A stretch of DNA of 64,000 nt from a bacterium (GCA_018672055.1 JABHGM010000001.1:608977-672976), one strand, 5' to 3'; shown: positions 37,251-47,400, counted from the stretch's first letter. Numbers and translations are program-made. Notes: generated by a model from the letters alone, not told the origin.

Positions 37251-38954
37251 ATGTCAAAAATTCATAAAGTTATAACTCGTCAAAAAATATGGCTCACCTT
37301 AGTGGGCATTTTGATTTTGGTCATATTTTCTGGGTTAATTAGTTATCCTCAATTACCACTTAGTATTCCAGGTGAATCATTTTTTTCTCAGTTTAAGCCT
37401 CATTTAGGCCTTGATTTACAAGGTGGAGCTCATTTAGTGTATCAAGCTGATGTTTCAGAATTACCTGCTCCTGATCAAGATTCTGCACTTGAAGGCGTTA
37501 GAGATGTTATTGAACGTAGAGTTAATGCTTTTGGTGTATCTGAACCTATTGTTCAAACTGGTTCAAATCATAGGTTAATTATTGAACTTGCTGGTATACA
37601 TGATGTAAATGATGCTATACAACAAATAGGGGAAACTCCACTTTTAGAATTTAAAACTCAATTACCATCTCCACCACCTGTTGCCTTAACTGAAACTGAA
37701 AAACAAGAAGCTATTCAATTTAATTTAGATATATATAATAAAGCTAAAGGTATAATTTCAGAATTAGAAGCAGGTGCTGATTTTTCTGAGTTAGCAGGTC
37801 TTAACTCTGAAGATACTAGTAATAAAGATTTAGGTGGAGAACTTGGCTTTGCTGGCATAGGTATGTTTGTACCTGAATTTGAAAAAGCAATTTTTGAAGA
37901 TTTACATATTGGTGAAATAACAAGTGAACCAATTAAAACTGATTTTGGATATCATATTATTAAAAAAATAGCAGAACAAGGTGAAGGTGATGAAAAAGAA
38001 GTAAATAGTGCACATATTTTACTTTCAACTAAGGATGAAGAATATAAGCAAGCACAAATTTTAAATAGTGATCAGTGGCAGAATACACAGTTATCTGGAA
38101 AACATTTACAGAAAGCAATTGTTCAATTTGATCCAAATACAAATGCACCAAATATTGGTTTAGAGTTTAATTCTGAAGGTAGAGATTTATTTGCAGAGAT
38201 TACTAAAGGTAATATTGGTAAACCAGTTGCTATATTTTTAGATGGTTATGCAATTTCAATACCAACTGTTCAAGAAGAAATAACTGGTGGTAGTGCTGTT
38301 ATATCAGGTAATTTTAATTTAGTTGAAGCTAAAGAACTTGCTCAACGTTTAAATGCTGGTGCTCTACCAATACCTATTCATTTAATCTCTCAACAAACCG
38401 TAGGACCTTCACTTGGTAAGATATCACTTGAAAAAAGTTTAATAGCTGGATTACTTGGTTTAATTATAGTTGCTTTATTTATGATAATTTATTATAGATT
38501 ACCAGGTATTATTTCAGTTATTGCATTACTTATGTATGGTATATTTGCTTTAGCAGTATTTGAGGTATTTACAATTACTTTAACTTTAGCTGGTATTGCT
38601 GGTTTTATATTGTCTGTTGGTATGGCGGTTGATGCAAATATTTTAATATTTGAAAGAACTAAAGAAGAATTAAGATCTGGTAAACCTATTGGTAATAGTA
38701 TAGAAGAAGGTTTTTCTAGAGCTTGGTTATCAATTAGAGATTCAAATATATCAAGTATAATTACTTGTATAATTCTTGCTTGGTTTGGTTCTAGTTTAAT
38801 TAAAGGATTTGCAATTACACTTGGTATTGGTATTTTAATATCTATGTTTAGTGCATTTGTCGTAACTAAGACTTTGCTTAGATTATTTGCTACTAAGTTT
38901 TTTGCAAAGCATCCATTTTTATTTGGTGTTAAAAAGAAAAAAGAAAATGTTTAA
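37251..38954 (+). CDS. secD: Protein-export membrane protein SecD with a parvulin-type PPIase domain inserted in the periplasmic P1 domain
   Basis: SecD N-terminal TM plus LDLQGGAHLVYQAD, then P1-base GKPVAIFLDGYAISIPTVQEEITGG, then six C-terminal TMs. Between the N-terminal and P1-base elements: GADFSELAGL…DLGGELGFAGIGMFVPEFEKAIF…SEPIKTDFGYHIIKK (PpiC/parvulin signature). Confidence 0.85.
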   Translation: MSKIHKVITRQKIWLTLVGILILVIFSGLISYPQLPLSIPGESFFSQFKPHLGLDLQGGAHLVYQADVSELPAPDQDSALEGVRDVIERRVNAFGVSEPIVQTGSNHRLIIELAGIHDVNDAIQQIGETPLLEFKTQLPSPPPVALTETEKQEAIQFNLDIYNKAKGIISELEAGADFSELAGLNSEDTSNKDLGGELGFAGIGMFVPEFEKAIFEDLHIGEITSEPIKTDFGYHIIKKIAEQGEGDEKEVNSAHILLSTKDEEYKQAQILNSDQWQNTQLSGKHLQKAIVQFDPNTNAPNIGLEFNSEGRDLFAEITKGNIGKPVAIFLDGYAISIPTVQEEITGGSAVISGNFNLVEAKELAQRLNAGALPIPIHLISQQTVGPSLGKISLEKSLIAGLLGLIIVALFMIIYYRLPGIISVIALLMYGIFALAVFEVFTITLTLAGIAGFILSVGMAVDANILIFERTKEELRSGKPIGNSIEEGFSRAWLSIRDSNISSIITCIILAWFGSSLIKGFAITLGIGILISMFSAFVVTKTLLRLFATKFFAKHPFLFGVKKKKENV

Positions 38955-39987
38955 AATAATTCAAAATAGAAAATATTGGTTTAGTCTATCAGGTATCCTG
39001 GTTGTACTTAGTATTGTGTTTATATTAATCTGGGGATTAAAGTTAGGTATTGATTTTACTGGAGGTAGTTTACTTGAAATTGAATTTAGTAATACAAGAC
39101 CTAGCAATGAAGAAATAGATACTAAGTTAAGTGATTTAGAATTAACTACACTTAATTTACAACCATCTAATGAATTAGGTTTAATAATTAGAACTGAGTC
39201 AGTTACTGAAGAAAAACATCAAGCTATTTTAAATAAATTAAATGAGTTATTCATAGATTCTGATTTAAATGAAAATAATGAAGAAGGTATTTCTGATAAT
39301 TTAGAGATTGAAGGTGATAATATAGAAAGTTTAACGATTACTCCGGTTGGTGGAGATCAAGAAGTATCATTTGATGCTGAGGTTATTGGTACATCAGTAG
39401 GGGATAATTTAACTGAACTTAGATTTGATTCTATTGGACCTACTATTGGTAATGAATTAAAACAAAGAGCACTTTATGCAATTATAATTGTTTTAATAGC
39501 TATTATTTTCTATATAGCTTATGCTTTCCGTAAGATTTCAGAACCTGTTGAATCTTGGAAATATGGCTTAGCAGCAATTGTTGCTTTAGCTCATGATATT
39601 ATAATCATTACTGGTGCTTACTCTTTACTTGGTTATTTATATGGTTTTCAAGCTGATGCTCTTTTTGTAACAGCACTTTTAACTATACTTGGTTTTTCTG
39701 TTCATGATTCAATTGTTACCTTTGATAGAGTAAGAGAGAATTTACATCGTCATCAAGATGAAACCTTTGAAGTAGTAGTTAATAGATCTGTTAATGAAAC
39801 TATTGTTAGATCATTAAATACCTCACTTACTACTTTATTTGTACTTTTAGCTATTTACTTATTTGGTGGCGAAACTATTCATAATTTTGTATTAACTTTA
39901 ATGCTTGGTGTTATAATTGGTACATATTCCTCAATATTTGTAGCTTCACCTTTACTAGTTGTTTGGTACAAATTAAAGAAATATTAA
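38947..39987 (+). CDS. secF: Protein-export membrane protein SecF. The start overlaps the secD stop; the track ORF begins at 38887.
   Basis: MFKIIQNRKYWFSLSGILV… LGIDFTGGSLLE. Six C-terminal TMs. Confidence 0.85.
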   Translation: MFKIIQNRKYWFSLSGILVVLSIVFILIWGLKLGIDFTGGSLLEIEFSNTRPSNEEIDTKLSDLELTTLNLQPSNELGLIIRTESVTEEKHQAILNKLNELFIDSDLNENNEEGISDNLEIEGDNIESLTITPVGGDQEVSFDAEVIGTSVGDNLTELRFDSIGPTIGNELKQRALYAIIIVLIAIIFYIAYAFRKISEPVESWKYGLAAIVALAHDIIIITGAYSLLGYLYGFQADALFVTALLTILGFSVHDSIVTFDRVRENLHRHQDETFEVVVNRSVNETIVRSLNTSLTTLFVLLAIYLFGGETIHNFVLTLMLGVIIGTYSSIFVASPLLVVWYKLKKY

Positions 39988-40038
39988 TATAATATATATA
40001 GTAATAAGTCTAGTTAAAAGCTGGGCTTTTATAATTAC

Positions 40039-40067
40039 TTGACGATATTAATGATTTATGCTATACT
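40039..40067 (+). promoter_or_regulatory. Putative promoter of the sigma-r4/HARE-HTH gene
   Basis: TTGACG, 17 bp, TATACT. The leader contains palindromic TAGCTA…TAGCTA hexamers. Confidence 0.45.
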
Positions 40068-40127
40068 TAGCGCATAATCTAAATATTTAGCTATTTTTAG
40101 CTAATATTAGAGCATAAATATAACAAT

Positions 40128-41237
40128 ATGGAAACACAAGATTCAATACTAGATACAATTATTTCAACTAAGCAGGCAACTGTTTTAAATGAATTTAGTC
40201 CAAAGAAATTGGTTAATTTATTTTTGCAACTCCTTTCTACACGTGAGAAGGAGATTATTATTTTACGTCATGGTTTAGATGGTAATAGTAAAAGAACTTT
40301 AGAAAAAATTGGTAATAAATTTAATGTTACTCGTGAGAGAATTAGACAAATTGAGAACTCTGCTTTAAAGAAAATTAAAAAAAGTTCTGAATTTATTGAT
40401 GCATTAGAAGGTATTGAGTCTATTTTTAATCAAACATTAGAGGAACATGGTGGTATAATGCCGGAGTTTCTATTAATTGAAAGATCATTATCAACTGTTA
40501 ATGATACTACTGAAAATAAAGCATATGCTAGTTTTCTATTAAATTATTTAGTTAAAGAAAGTTTTAGTTTTGCACCTAATGATAGTAATTATGAATCAAT
40601 TTGGAAACTATCTTCAAGTTCAATGGATGATTTTGATAGTTTAAGAAATAAAGTTTTACAAGTGTTAGAAGGATATAATAAGCCAGTAACTATAGAAAAT
40701 ATTTATAAAAATCTATTAGATGATGATAAATTTCCAACTGATGATTTATCTGAAAGTATTTTAGATTCATTACTTCATTTAGCTAAGAAAATAGATTCAA
40801 ATCCATTTGATGAATGGGGTCTTAGTGATTGGAATACAATTACTTTAAAGAAAATTAGTGATAAGGTTTATTTAATTCTTAAAAAAGAAGGTAAACCATT
40901 ACATTTTAATAAAATTGCTAAGAAAATAGATTCAGTAACTCCTAGTAAAAAGAATGCAAATCCAGCAACTATACATAATGAATTAATTTTGGATGAAAAA
41001 TATGTTTTAGTTGGTCGTGGTATGTATGGACTTAAAGAGTGGGGTTATAAACCAGGTACTGTTGGTGATGTAATAACTGAAATTTTAAAGAACAACGATA
41101 AGCCATTAAGTAGAGATGAAATAATTGAACAAGTTTTAGATAAAAGATTTGTTAAAAAAAGTACAATTATTTTAGCTTTAATGGATAAATCAAAATTTAC
41201 CAGAGATGAAGAAGGTAAATATCTTTTGAAAAACTAA
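40128..41237 (+). CDS. Protein with N-terminal sigma-70 region-4-like HTH and C-terminal HARE-HTH-like domain (369 aa)
   Basis: Residues ~25-80 LSTREKEIIILRHGLDGNSKRTLEKIGNKFNVTRERIRQIENSALKKIKK are a classic region 4.2. No region 2 is present. C-terminus …KPLHFNKIAKKIDS…YVLVGRGMYGLKEWGY resembles HARE-HTH (RpoE-delta-like). Confidence 0.55.
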   Translation: METQDSILDTIISTKQATVLNEFSPKKLVNLFLQLLSTREKEIIILRHGLDGNSKRTLEKIGNKFNVTRERIRQIENSALKKIKKSSEFIDALEGIESIFNQTLEEHGGIMPEFLLIERSLSTVNDTTENKAYASFLLNYLVKESFSFAPNDSNYESIWKLSSSSMDDFDSLRNKVLQVLEGYNKPVTIENIYKNLLDDDKFPTDDLSESILDSLLHLAKKIDSNPFDEWGLSDWNTITLKKISDKVYLILKKEGKPLHFNKIAKKIDSVTPSKKNANPATIHNELILDEKYVLVGRGMYGLKEWGYKPGTVGDVITEILKNNDKPLSRDEIIEQVLDKRFVKKSTIILALMDKSKFTRDEEGKYLLKN

Positions 41238-41260
41238 AATATTAAAATAAAAAAAATAAA

Positions 41261-42835
41261 ATGGAGATTACTATTGACTTAAGTCTACTTACTTTTCTTG
41301 CCAATAACAGCTTAGGCAGTATTATTTGGAATATTTTTAGCCACGGTGGGTGGCTTGTTTTAGTTATATTAATATTTGTCACAGCATATTATATATACTT
41401 TGAGCGTAAAAAACAGAAGTTTATTAATAGTATAGAACATACAATGTTAGCTATTGATATACCTAAAGATAATGAACAAAGCTTAGTTGCAGTTGAACAA
41501 ATATTTGCTCATTTAACTGGAATAGGTAAACGTCTAAATTTAATTGAGAAGTATATTAAAGGTGAAACACCTTTAACTATAAGTTTAGAAATTATTTCCT
41601 TAGAGGGGTATATTCAATTTTTAATAAGAACTCCTGTAAAGTATAAAGATTTAGTTGAAGCTTCTATTTATGCTCAATATCCTGAAGCAGAAATTACTGA
41701 AGTTGAAGATTATATAAGCATGATGCCTGATGATGTTCATGATAAAGAATCTGATTTTAATATTTGGGGAACTGAATTTAGATTAGCTAAAGAAGACTGT
41801 TATCCAATTAAGACATATAGAAACTTTGAACATCCTTTAACTCAAATTTTTGTAGATCCTATGGCAGCTTTACTTGAAGTTATGAGTAAGTTGTCAAAAG
41901 GAGAACAATTAGGTATACAACTTGTAATACAACCAATATCTGATAATTGGAAAGAAAAAGGTTATCATTTAGTTAAAAAGTTAATTGGTGAAAAATCAGA
42001 GACTAAAGATCATATAGGTGATAAATTTGTAAAAAGTTCTCTAAAAACTTTAGAGGCTTTTTCTGAAGGTGTTATAAAAATATGGGGTGATATTGAAGAA
42101 AAGGATCCTGATAGAGATATGAAAAATCTTATACAAAATCTAACCCCTGGTGAAAAAAACGTAGTTGAAGCTATTCAACATAAATTATCACAACTTACTT
42201 TTGCTACTAAGTTAAGAGTATATTATTTAGCGCATAATGAAGTATTCCATAAAGGTAGAGGTGTTAGTTCTGTAGTTGGAGCAATTAATCAATTTAGTAC
42301 TTCTAATTTAAATTCATTTAAGAAAGATAAAAATGTTCAGACTAAGGTAGAATACTTTTTCAAAAAAAGAAGAGTTTCTGGTAGGCAAAAGAAATTCGTA
42401 TCAAATTACAAAGCTAGATCATTTACTAGAGGCTCAACTCCATTTATGTTATCAATTGAAGAGTTAGCTACTATATATCATTTCCCTATAATAACAGTTA
42501 AAGCACCAATGCTTAAAAAAGTTGAAGCTAAAAAGAGTGGTCCACCAACTACTTTACCTGCTGAAATGATTAAGTCTAAAGAATATTTTAAACAAATCTC
42601 TGAAACTGAAAAAGAAGATGTTGATGAAATTGATAATGAATTTAGTGGTGATGAGGAAGTTAAAGAGCCTGATCATGTAATTTCTGAGACTTTACCAGGA
42701 TATGATTTTGATAATGATTATTATGAAAAAAAGTTTGCAAAAGATAATTCAAAAATACGTAATGAAACTATTACTAAAGAAATAGTAAGAGAAAATGCTA
42801 CTCCACCTGATAATTTACCTTTTATAAATAATTAA
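41261..42835 (+). CDS. Membrane-anchored hypothetical protein (524 aa), first gene of a tightly packed trio
   Basis: One N-terminal TM (GGWLVLVILIFVTAYYIY) then a large soluble domain with no recognisable domain. Its stop is 1 nt from the next start. Confidence 0.5.
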   Translation: MEITIDLSLLTFLANNSLGSIIWNIFSHGGWLVLVILIFVTAYYIYFERKKQKFINSIEHTMLAIDIPKDNEQSLVAVEQIFAHLTGIGKRLNLIEKYIKGETPLTISLEIISLEGYIQFLIRTPVKYKDLVEASIYAQYPEAEITEVEDYISMMPDDVHDKESDFNIWGTEFRLAKEDCYPIKTYRNFEHPLTQIFVDPMAALLEVMSKLSKGEQLGIQLVIQPISDNWKEKGYHLVKKLIGEKSETKDHIGDKFVKSSLKTLEAFSEGVIKIWGDIEEKDPDRDMKNLIQNLTPGEKNVVEAIQHKLSQLTFATKLRVYYLAHNEVFHKGRGVSSVVGAINQFSTSNLNSFKKDKNVQTKVEYFFKKRRVSGRQKKFVSNYKARSFTRGSTPFMLSIEELATIYHFPIITVKAPMLKKVEAKKSGPPTTLPAEMIKSKEYFKQISETEKEDVDEIDNEFSGDEEVKEPDHVISETLPGYDFDNDYYEKKFAKDNSKIRNETITKEIVRENATPPDNLPFINN

Positions 42836-42836
42836 T

Positions 42837-44504
42837 ATGGCAGATCAAGATATAACATTACTAGCTCAAACAAATTTCAGAAATGATTCTGTAAAGTTTG
42901 GCATGAAAGAAGATGATAGAAGACGTCATACTTATGTTTTGGGTAAAACAGGTATGGGTAAAACAAATCTTTTAGAAAGTATGATTATTCAAGATATTCA
43001 AGCTGGACGTGGTGTTGCTGTAGTTGATCCTCATGGAGAATTAGTTGAAGGTATTTTAAAATATATTCCTAACGACAGAATAAATGATGTAATCTATTTT
43101 AATCCAGCTGATTATGATTTTCCTATTGCTTTTAATGTATTAGAGCAAGTTAGTGCTGAATATAGGCATTTAGTTGCTTCAGGTTTACTAGGTGTATTTC
43201 AAAAGATTTGGGCTGATTCATGGGGACCTAGACTTGAATATGTTTTAAATAATGCAATTTTAGCTTTACTTGAATACCCAGGTAGTACTTTACTTGGAGT
43301 TATGAAAATGTTAGTAGACAAGGAATATAGAAAAAAAGTAGTAGCTAAAATAACAGATCCTGTTGTTAAATCATTTTGGATTGATGAATATTCTAAATAT
43401 CCTGACAGATTTCAAACTGAAGCTATTGCTCCAATTCAGAATAAAGTTGGTAGATTTCTTTCATCATCTATGATGAGAAATATTGTTGGTCAAGTTAAAT
43501 CTGCAATTGATATTCGTGAAATAATGGATGGTAAGAAAATACTTTTACTTAATTTAAGTAAGGGTAGAATTGGTGAAGACAATTCAGCTTTACTTGGAGC
43601 TATGATGGTTACTAAGATGCAACTTGCTGCTATGAGTAGAGTAGATATACCAGAAGAAGAACGTAATGACTTTTATCTCTATGTTGATGAATTTCAAAAT
43701 TTTGCTACTGATTCCTTTGCAAATATTTTATCTGAAGCTCGTAAATATCGTTTAAATATTATTATTGCTCATCAATATATAGAACAGTTAGGTGATATAG
43801 TAAGAGCAGCTGTATTTGGTAATGTAGGTACTATTATAACTTTTAGGATTGGCGCTGAAGATGCTGATTTCTTAGTAAAAGAATTTACACCTAGATTTGA
43901 TGAAACAGATTTAGTAAATTTACCTAAGTTTAATATTTATCTAAAATTAATGATTGATGGAGTTTCTTCAGAACCATTTTCAGCTAGCACTTTTAAAGCT
44001 AGTGATATTTCAAATCAACCAGAAGACTTAGATACAGATGTTCTAATTGATAAAATAATTAAAGTTACTCGAGAAAGGTATGCAACTCAAAGAACTGTAA
44101 TTGAAGAAAAGATTATTAGATGGAGTGGAGTTAATGATGAAAAACCAGAGCCTAAAAAGGATAATAAGTTCAGAAAACCGAATAATTTTAAGAATAATAA
44201 TGATAGTAGACAAAATAATTTAAATAAGGTAAATTGTAGTTCCTGTGCTAAAGAGACCTTTGTTTCTTTTGTACCTGATGGTAAACGTCCTGTATATTGT
44301 AAGGATTGTTTAAATAAGGTTAAAGAGCAAAAAAATACGCCTCCACCTAGAATTGATATAAGTGATAAGGTAAATAATATGAAAAGTATTTCTTTAAAGG
44401 ATGCTTTAAATGATGATGAAACAGTTGATTTTAAGAATAATAAGAAAGTAGTCAAAGAAGACCCAAAAACACTAGACTCAGGGAATATAGTTAACTTTAA
44501 GTAA
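42837..44504 (+). CDS. FtsK/HerA-superfamily P-loop ATPase of the TraD/VirD4 coupling-protein type, soluble, with C-terminal Cys4 zinc ribbon
   Basis: Walker A VLGKTGMGKTN, Walker B LYVDEFQNF, and TraD-like ARKYRLNIIIAHQYIEQL. C-terminal CSSCAKE…YCKDCLNK. Confidence 0.6.
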   Translation: MADQDITLLAQTNFRNDSVKFGMKEDDRRRHTYVLGKTGMGKTNLLESMIIQDIQAGRGVAVVDPHGELVEGILKYIPNDRINDVIYFNPADYDFPIAFNVLEQVSAEYRHLVASGLLGVFQKIWADSWGPRLEYVLNNAILALLEYPGSTLLGVMKMLVDKEYRKKVVAKITDPVVKSFWIDEYSKYPDRFQTEAIAPIQNKVGRFLSSSMMRNIVGQVKSAIDIREIMDGKKILLLNLSKGRIGEDNSALLGAMMVTKMQLAAMSRVDIPEEERNDFYLYVDEFQNFATDSFANILSEARKYRLNIIIAHQYIEQLGDIVRAAVFGNVGTIITFRIGAEDADFLVKEFTPRFDETDLVNLPKFNIYLKLMIDGVSSEPFSASTFKASDISNQPEDLDTDVLIDKIIKVTRERYATQRTVIEEKIIRWSGVNDEKPEPKKDNKFRKPNNFKNNNDSRQNNLNKVNCSSCAKETFVSFVPDGKRPVYCKDCLNKVKEQKNTPPPRIDISDKVNNMKSISLKDALNDDETVDFKNNKKVVKEDPKTLDSGNIVNFK

Positions 44505-45989
44505 ATGAATGATTATAGAAAATTAAGATTTTTTGAAATGATTCCAGGCATATTAGTCTGGATTACTTTAATTTTGGCAGTTGTTGGTTCTATATTTGCT
44601 CCACTTATTACCATTTATTTTATAATTCTCTTTGATCTATTTTGGTTAATGAGAATTATTTATTTAGTTATTCATCTATTAATTTCATGGAAAAGATTTA
44701 AACTTGATTCTAAGATTAATTGGTTAGAAAAGCTATATGAAGTTAAAGATAAGGATTATAGAGATTATTATCATTTAATATTCTTACCTACTTTTGGTGA
44801 GCCATATGAAGTGGTTGATAAAACATTTAGTTCTTTGATTAAAGTAAATTATCAAACTAAAAAATTTATTATTGTTTTAGCTGGTGAAGAAGGGGATAAA
44901 GAAAATTTCTTAAAGATATCAAGCAAGATTAAAGAAAAATATGCTGATAAATTTTATAAACTTTTAATAACAATCCATCCTAAGAATTTACCAGGCGAAG
45001 TACCTGGCAAGGGTTCTAATACAAATTATGCTGGGCATAAATCACAAGAATTAATTGATGAATTAAAAATTCCTTATAGTAAAGTTATAGTATCATCATT
45101 TGATATTGATACTTGTGTTTATCCTGATTATTTTGCTTATTTAACATACAAATATTTAACTCATCCAAAACCTGAACACTCTAGTTTTCAACCTCTTGCT
45201 TTCTATCATAATAATATTTGGGAAAGTGATATTATAACTCGTGTAGTAGCTAATTCAACTACATTTTGGTTAATGACTGATTTAGCTAGATCTGAAAGAT
45301 TATTTACATTTTCTTCGCATAGTATGAGTTTTAATACTTTGGTTAAAGTTGGTTTTTGGCAAAAAGATATTGTTACTGAAGATTCAAGAATATTTTTACA
45401 ATGCTTACTTCATTATGATGGTGATTATGCAGTAACTCCAATGTATATTCCTGTTTCTATGAATACTGTATATATGGGTAATTTTTGGACTAGTGTTAAG
45501 AATCAATATAAGCAAATGAGAAGATGGGCTTGGGGCGTTGAACATATACCATATTTAATGATGAATCTAAAAAAACATCCTAAGATGCCTTTTAAAAAGA
45601 AGTTTTATTATTTTAATAATCAATTAGAAGGTGTCTACTCATGGGCTACTGCACCACTAATTATTTTTATTCTTGGTCGCTTACCTCTACTTGTAGCTGA
45701 TAAGTCCGTCCAGGGCACTGTATTGGCTCAGAACGCACCTATAATACTTCAATGGTTAATGAATATTGCTTTAATTGGCCTTATTTTAACAGCAGTATTT
45801 AGTACTAGAATATTACCTCAAAAACCACATAGTAAGAGTTTATTATATTATCCTTTAATGTTAATTCAGTGGATACTTTTTCCAATAACTATGGTTATAT
45901 TCGGTTCGTTTCCAGCAATTGATGCTCAAACTAGATTAATGCTTGGTGGTAAGTATAGATTAGGATTTTGGGTTACAGAGAAAAAGTAA
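44505..45989 (+). CDS. Processive family-2 glycosyltransferase (cellulose/chitin-synthase-like) with flanking TM helices
   Basis: N- and C-terminal TM bundles. Cytoplasmic GT2 core with the Q(Q)MRRWAWG (QxxRW) motif. Confidence 0.65.
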   Translation: MNDYRKLRFFEMIPGILVWITLILAVVGSIFAPLITIYFIILFDLFWLMRIIYLVIHLLISWKRFKLDSKINWLEKLYEVKDKDYRDYYHLIFLPTFGEPYEVVDKTFSSLIKVNYQTKKFIIVLAGEEGDKENFLKISSKIKEKYADKFYKLLITIHPKNLPGEVPGKGSNTNYAGHKSQELIDELKIPYSKVIVSSFDIDTCVYPDYFAYLTYKYLTHPKPEHSSFQPLAFYHNNIWESDIITRVVANSTTFWLMTDLARSERLFTFSSHSMSFNTLVKVGFWQKDIVTEDSRIFLQCLLHYDGDYAVTPMYIPVSMNTVYMGNFWTSVKNQYKQMRRWAWGVEHIPYLMMNLKKHPKMPFKKKFYYFNNQLEGVYSWATAPLIIFILGRLPLLVADKSVQGTVLAQNAPIILQWLMNIALIGLILTAVFSTRILPQKPHSKSLLYYPLMLIQWILFPITMVIFGSFPAIDAQTRLMLGGKYRLGFWVTEKK

Positions 45990-46907
45990 TTATTTTAAAT
46001 AGCCATTTATATATTCTTTAGCTGACATTATATTTTTACCCTCTATTTGAAGAGAATTAATACTTATTGATTTATCTTTTGTTTGGACAATTAATTGTCC
46101 ATTTTTATTTACTAATTTACCAATCTCAGAATCAAAGTTTTTACTTAATGAAGCACTATGTATTTTAATATTCTTTTCTTGATTATTGATTATAGTTTTA
46201 AAATAGGTTCCAGGCCATGGGTAATAAGCTCTTATCATTCTTTCAATTTCTTCTGCTGTTTGTTGCCAATTAATTAATCCATCTTCTCTCTTTAATATTT
46301 TTGAAAATGTAGCTTTACTATGATCTTGCTCTTTAACTTTAATATTATTTTTTAAATACTTTGGTAATATTTTAATTAGAATTTCTGCGCCTTTAATTGA
46401 TAATTTATCATGTAAGCTATCTGCTGTTTCATATTTTTCTAGTTTTACTTTTTTTTGCTTTACTATTGGTCCGTGATCCATGTCTTTATCCAGTTTAATA
46501 ATTGTAACAGAAGTTTTTTTATCACCATTTAGAATAGTTGTTTGAATAGGTGAGGGACCTCTGTATTTAGGCAAAGCTGAAGGATGTAGATTAAGGCAAC
46601 CTACTTTAAATTGTTTAAGTATTTTTTCTGAAAGAAAATCTCCATAAGCTACTACAATACCCAAATCAGGTTTTTCTTTAACTAAAAAATTAGCTAATTT
46701 ATTTAAATCATGAATTACTTCTAGATTATATGATTTAGCTAATTGTTTTATCTTAGTTTCTTGTAATGTTTGAGCTCTGCCAATCTTTTTATCACTTTGA
46801 GTTACTACAGCTATTATATTATATTTATTATCAACTAGTTTTTTAAGTGTTGGCATACTAAATTCAGGAGTACCAAAAAAAACTATTTTTTTTTCTTTAT
46901 AATTCAT
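45990..46907 (-). CDS. fmt: Methionyl-tRNA formyltransferase
   Basis: KIVFFGTPEFSMPTLKKL N-terminus, HPSALPKYRGPSPIQ motif. Confidence 0.9.
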   Translation of the reverse strand: MNYKEKKIVFFGTPEFSMPTLKKLVDNKYNIIAVVTQSDKKIGRAQTLQETKIKQLAKSYNLEVIHDLNKLANFLVKEKPDLGIVVAYGDFLSEKILKQFKVGCLNLHPSALPKYRGPSPIQTTILNGDKKTSVTIIKLDKDMDHGPIVKQKKVKLEKYETADSLHDKLSIKGAEILIKILPKYLKNNIKVKEQDHSKATFSKILKREDGLINWQQTAEEIERMIRAYYPWPGTYFKTIINNQEKNIKIHSASLSKNFDSEIGKLVNKNGQLIVQTKDKSISINSLQIEGKNIMSAKEYINGYLK

Positions 46908-47400
46908 TTATCTTGGCTAACTTTTTTAATTCTTTAATCTTATTCTTTCCTTTATTATACTTAAATATTTTATCAATAAATAAGATACCATTTAAATGAT
47001 CAATCTCATGTTGAATTACAGTAGCAAGTAATCCAGAAGCTCTTAGCCATTTACGCTTTCCATTTTTATCTTGATATCTAATATATACTTTTTTTGGTCT
47101 TTTAACTAAGCCAAAAATATTTGGAAATGACAAACAACCTTCTTCATATGTTGATTTTCTGAAAATGTTCTTCCAAATTATATTAGGGTTGATAATTGCT
47201 TTTGGACCATCATGAAAATTAATGATACAAATTCTAAGATCACTGTTTACTTGGTTAGCAGCTAAGCCTAAACCATCCTTTTTAAGCATTGTTTCGGACA
47301 TCTCTTTAATGAATAACTGAAATTCTTTACTTAGAATGTCCTTTACTTTTTTGGTTTTTTTCCTTAAAATCTTATTAGGATAATAGATTACATCTAACAT
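46897..47400 (-). CDS. def: Peptide deformylase
   Basis: GLGLAANQV, EGCLSFP, HEIDHLNG motifs. Confidence 0.9.
   Translation of the reverse strand: MLDVIYYPNKILRKKTKKVKDILSKEFQLFIKEMSETMLKKDGLGLAANQVNSDLRICIINFHDGPKAIINPNIIWKNIFRKSTYEEGCLSFPNIFGLVKRPKKVYIRYQDKNGKRKWLRASGLLATVIQHEIDHLNGILFIDKIFKYNKGKNKIKELKKLAKINEL

Noticed and set aside
44087-44455. Minus 122-aa ORF inside the TraD-like ATPase gene
   Set aside because: Antisense, low complexity.
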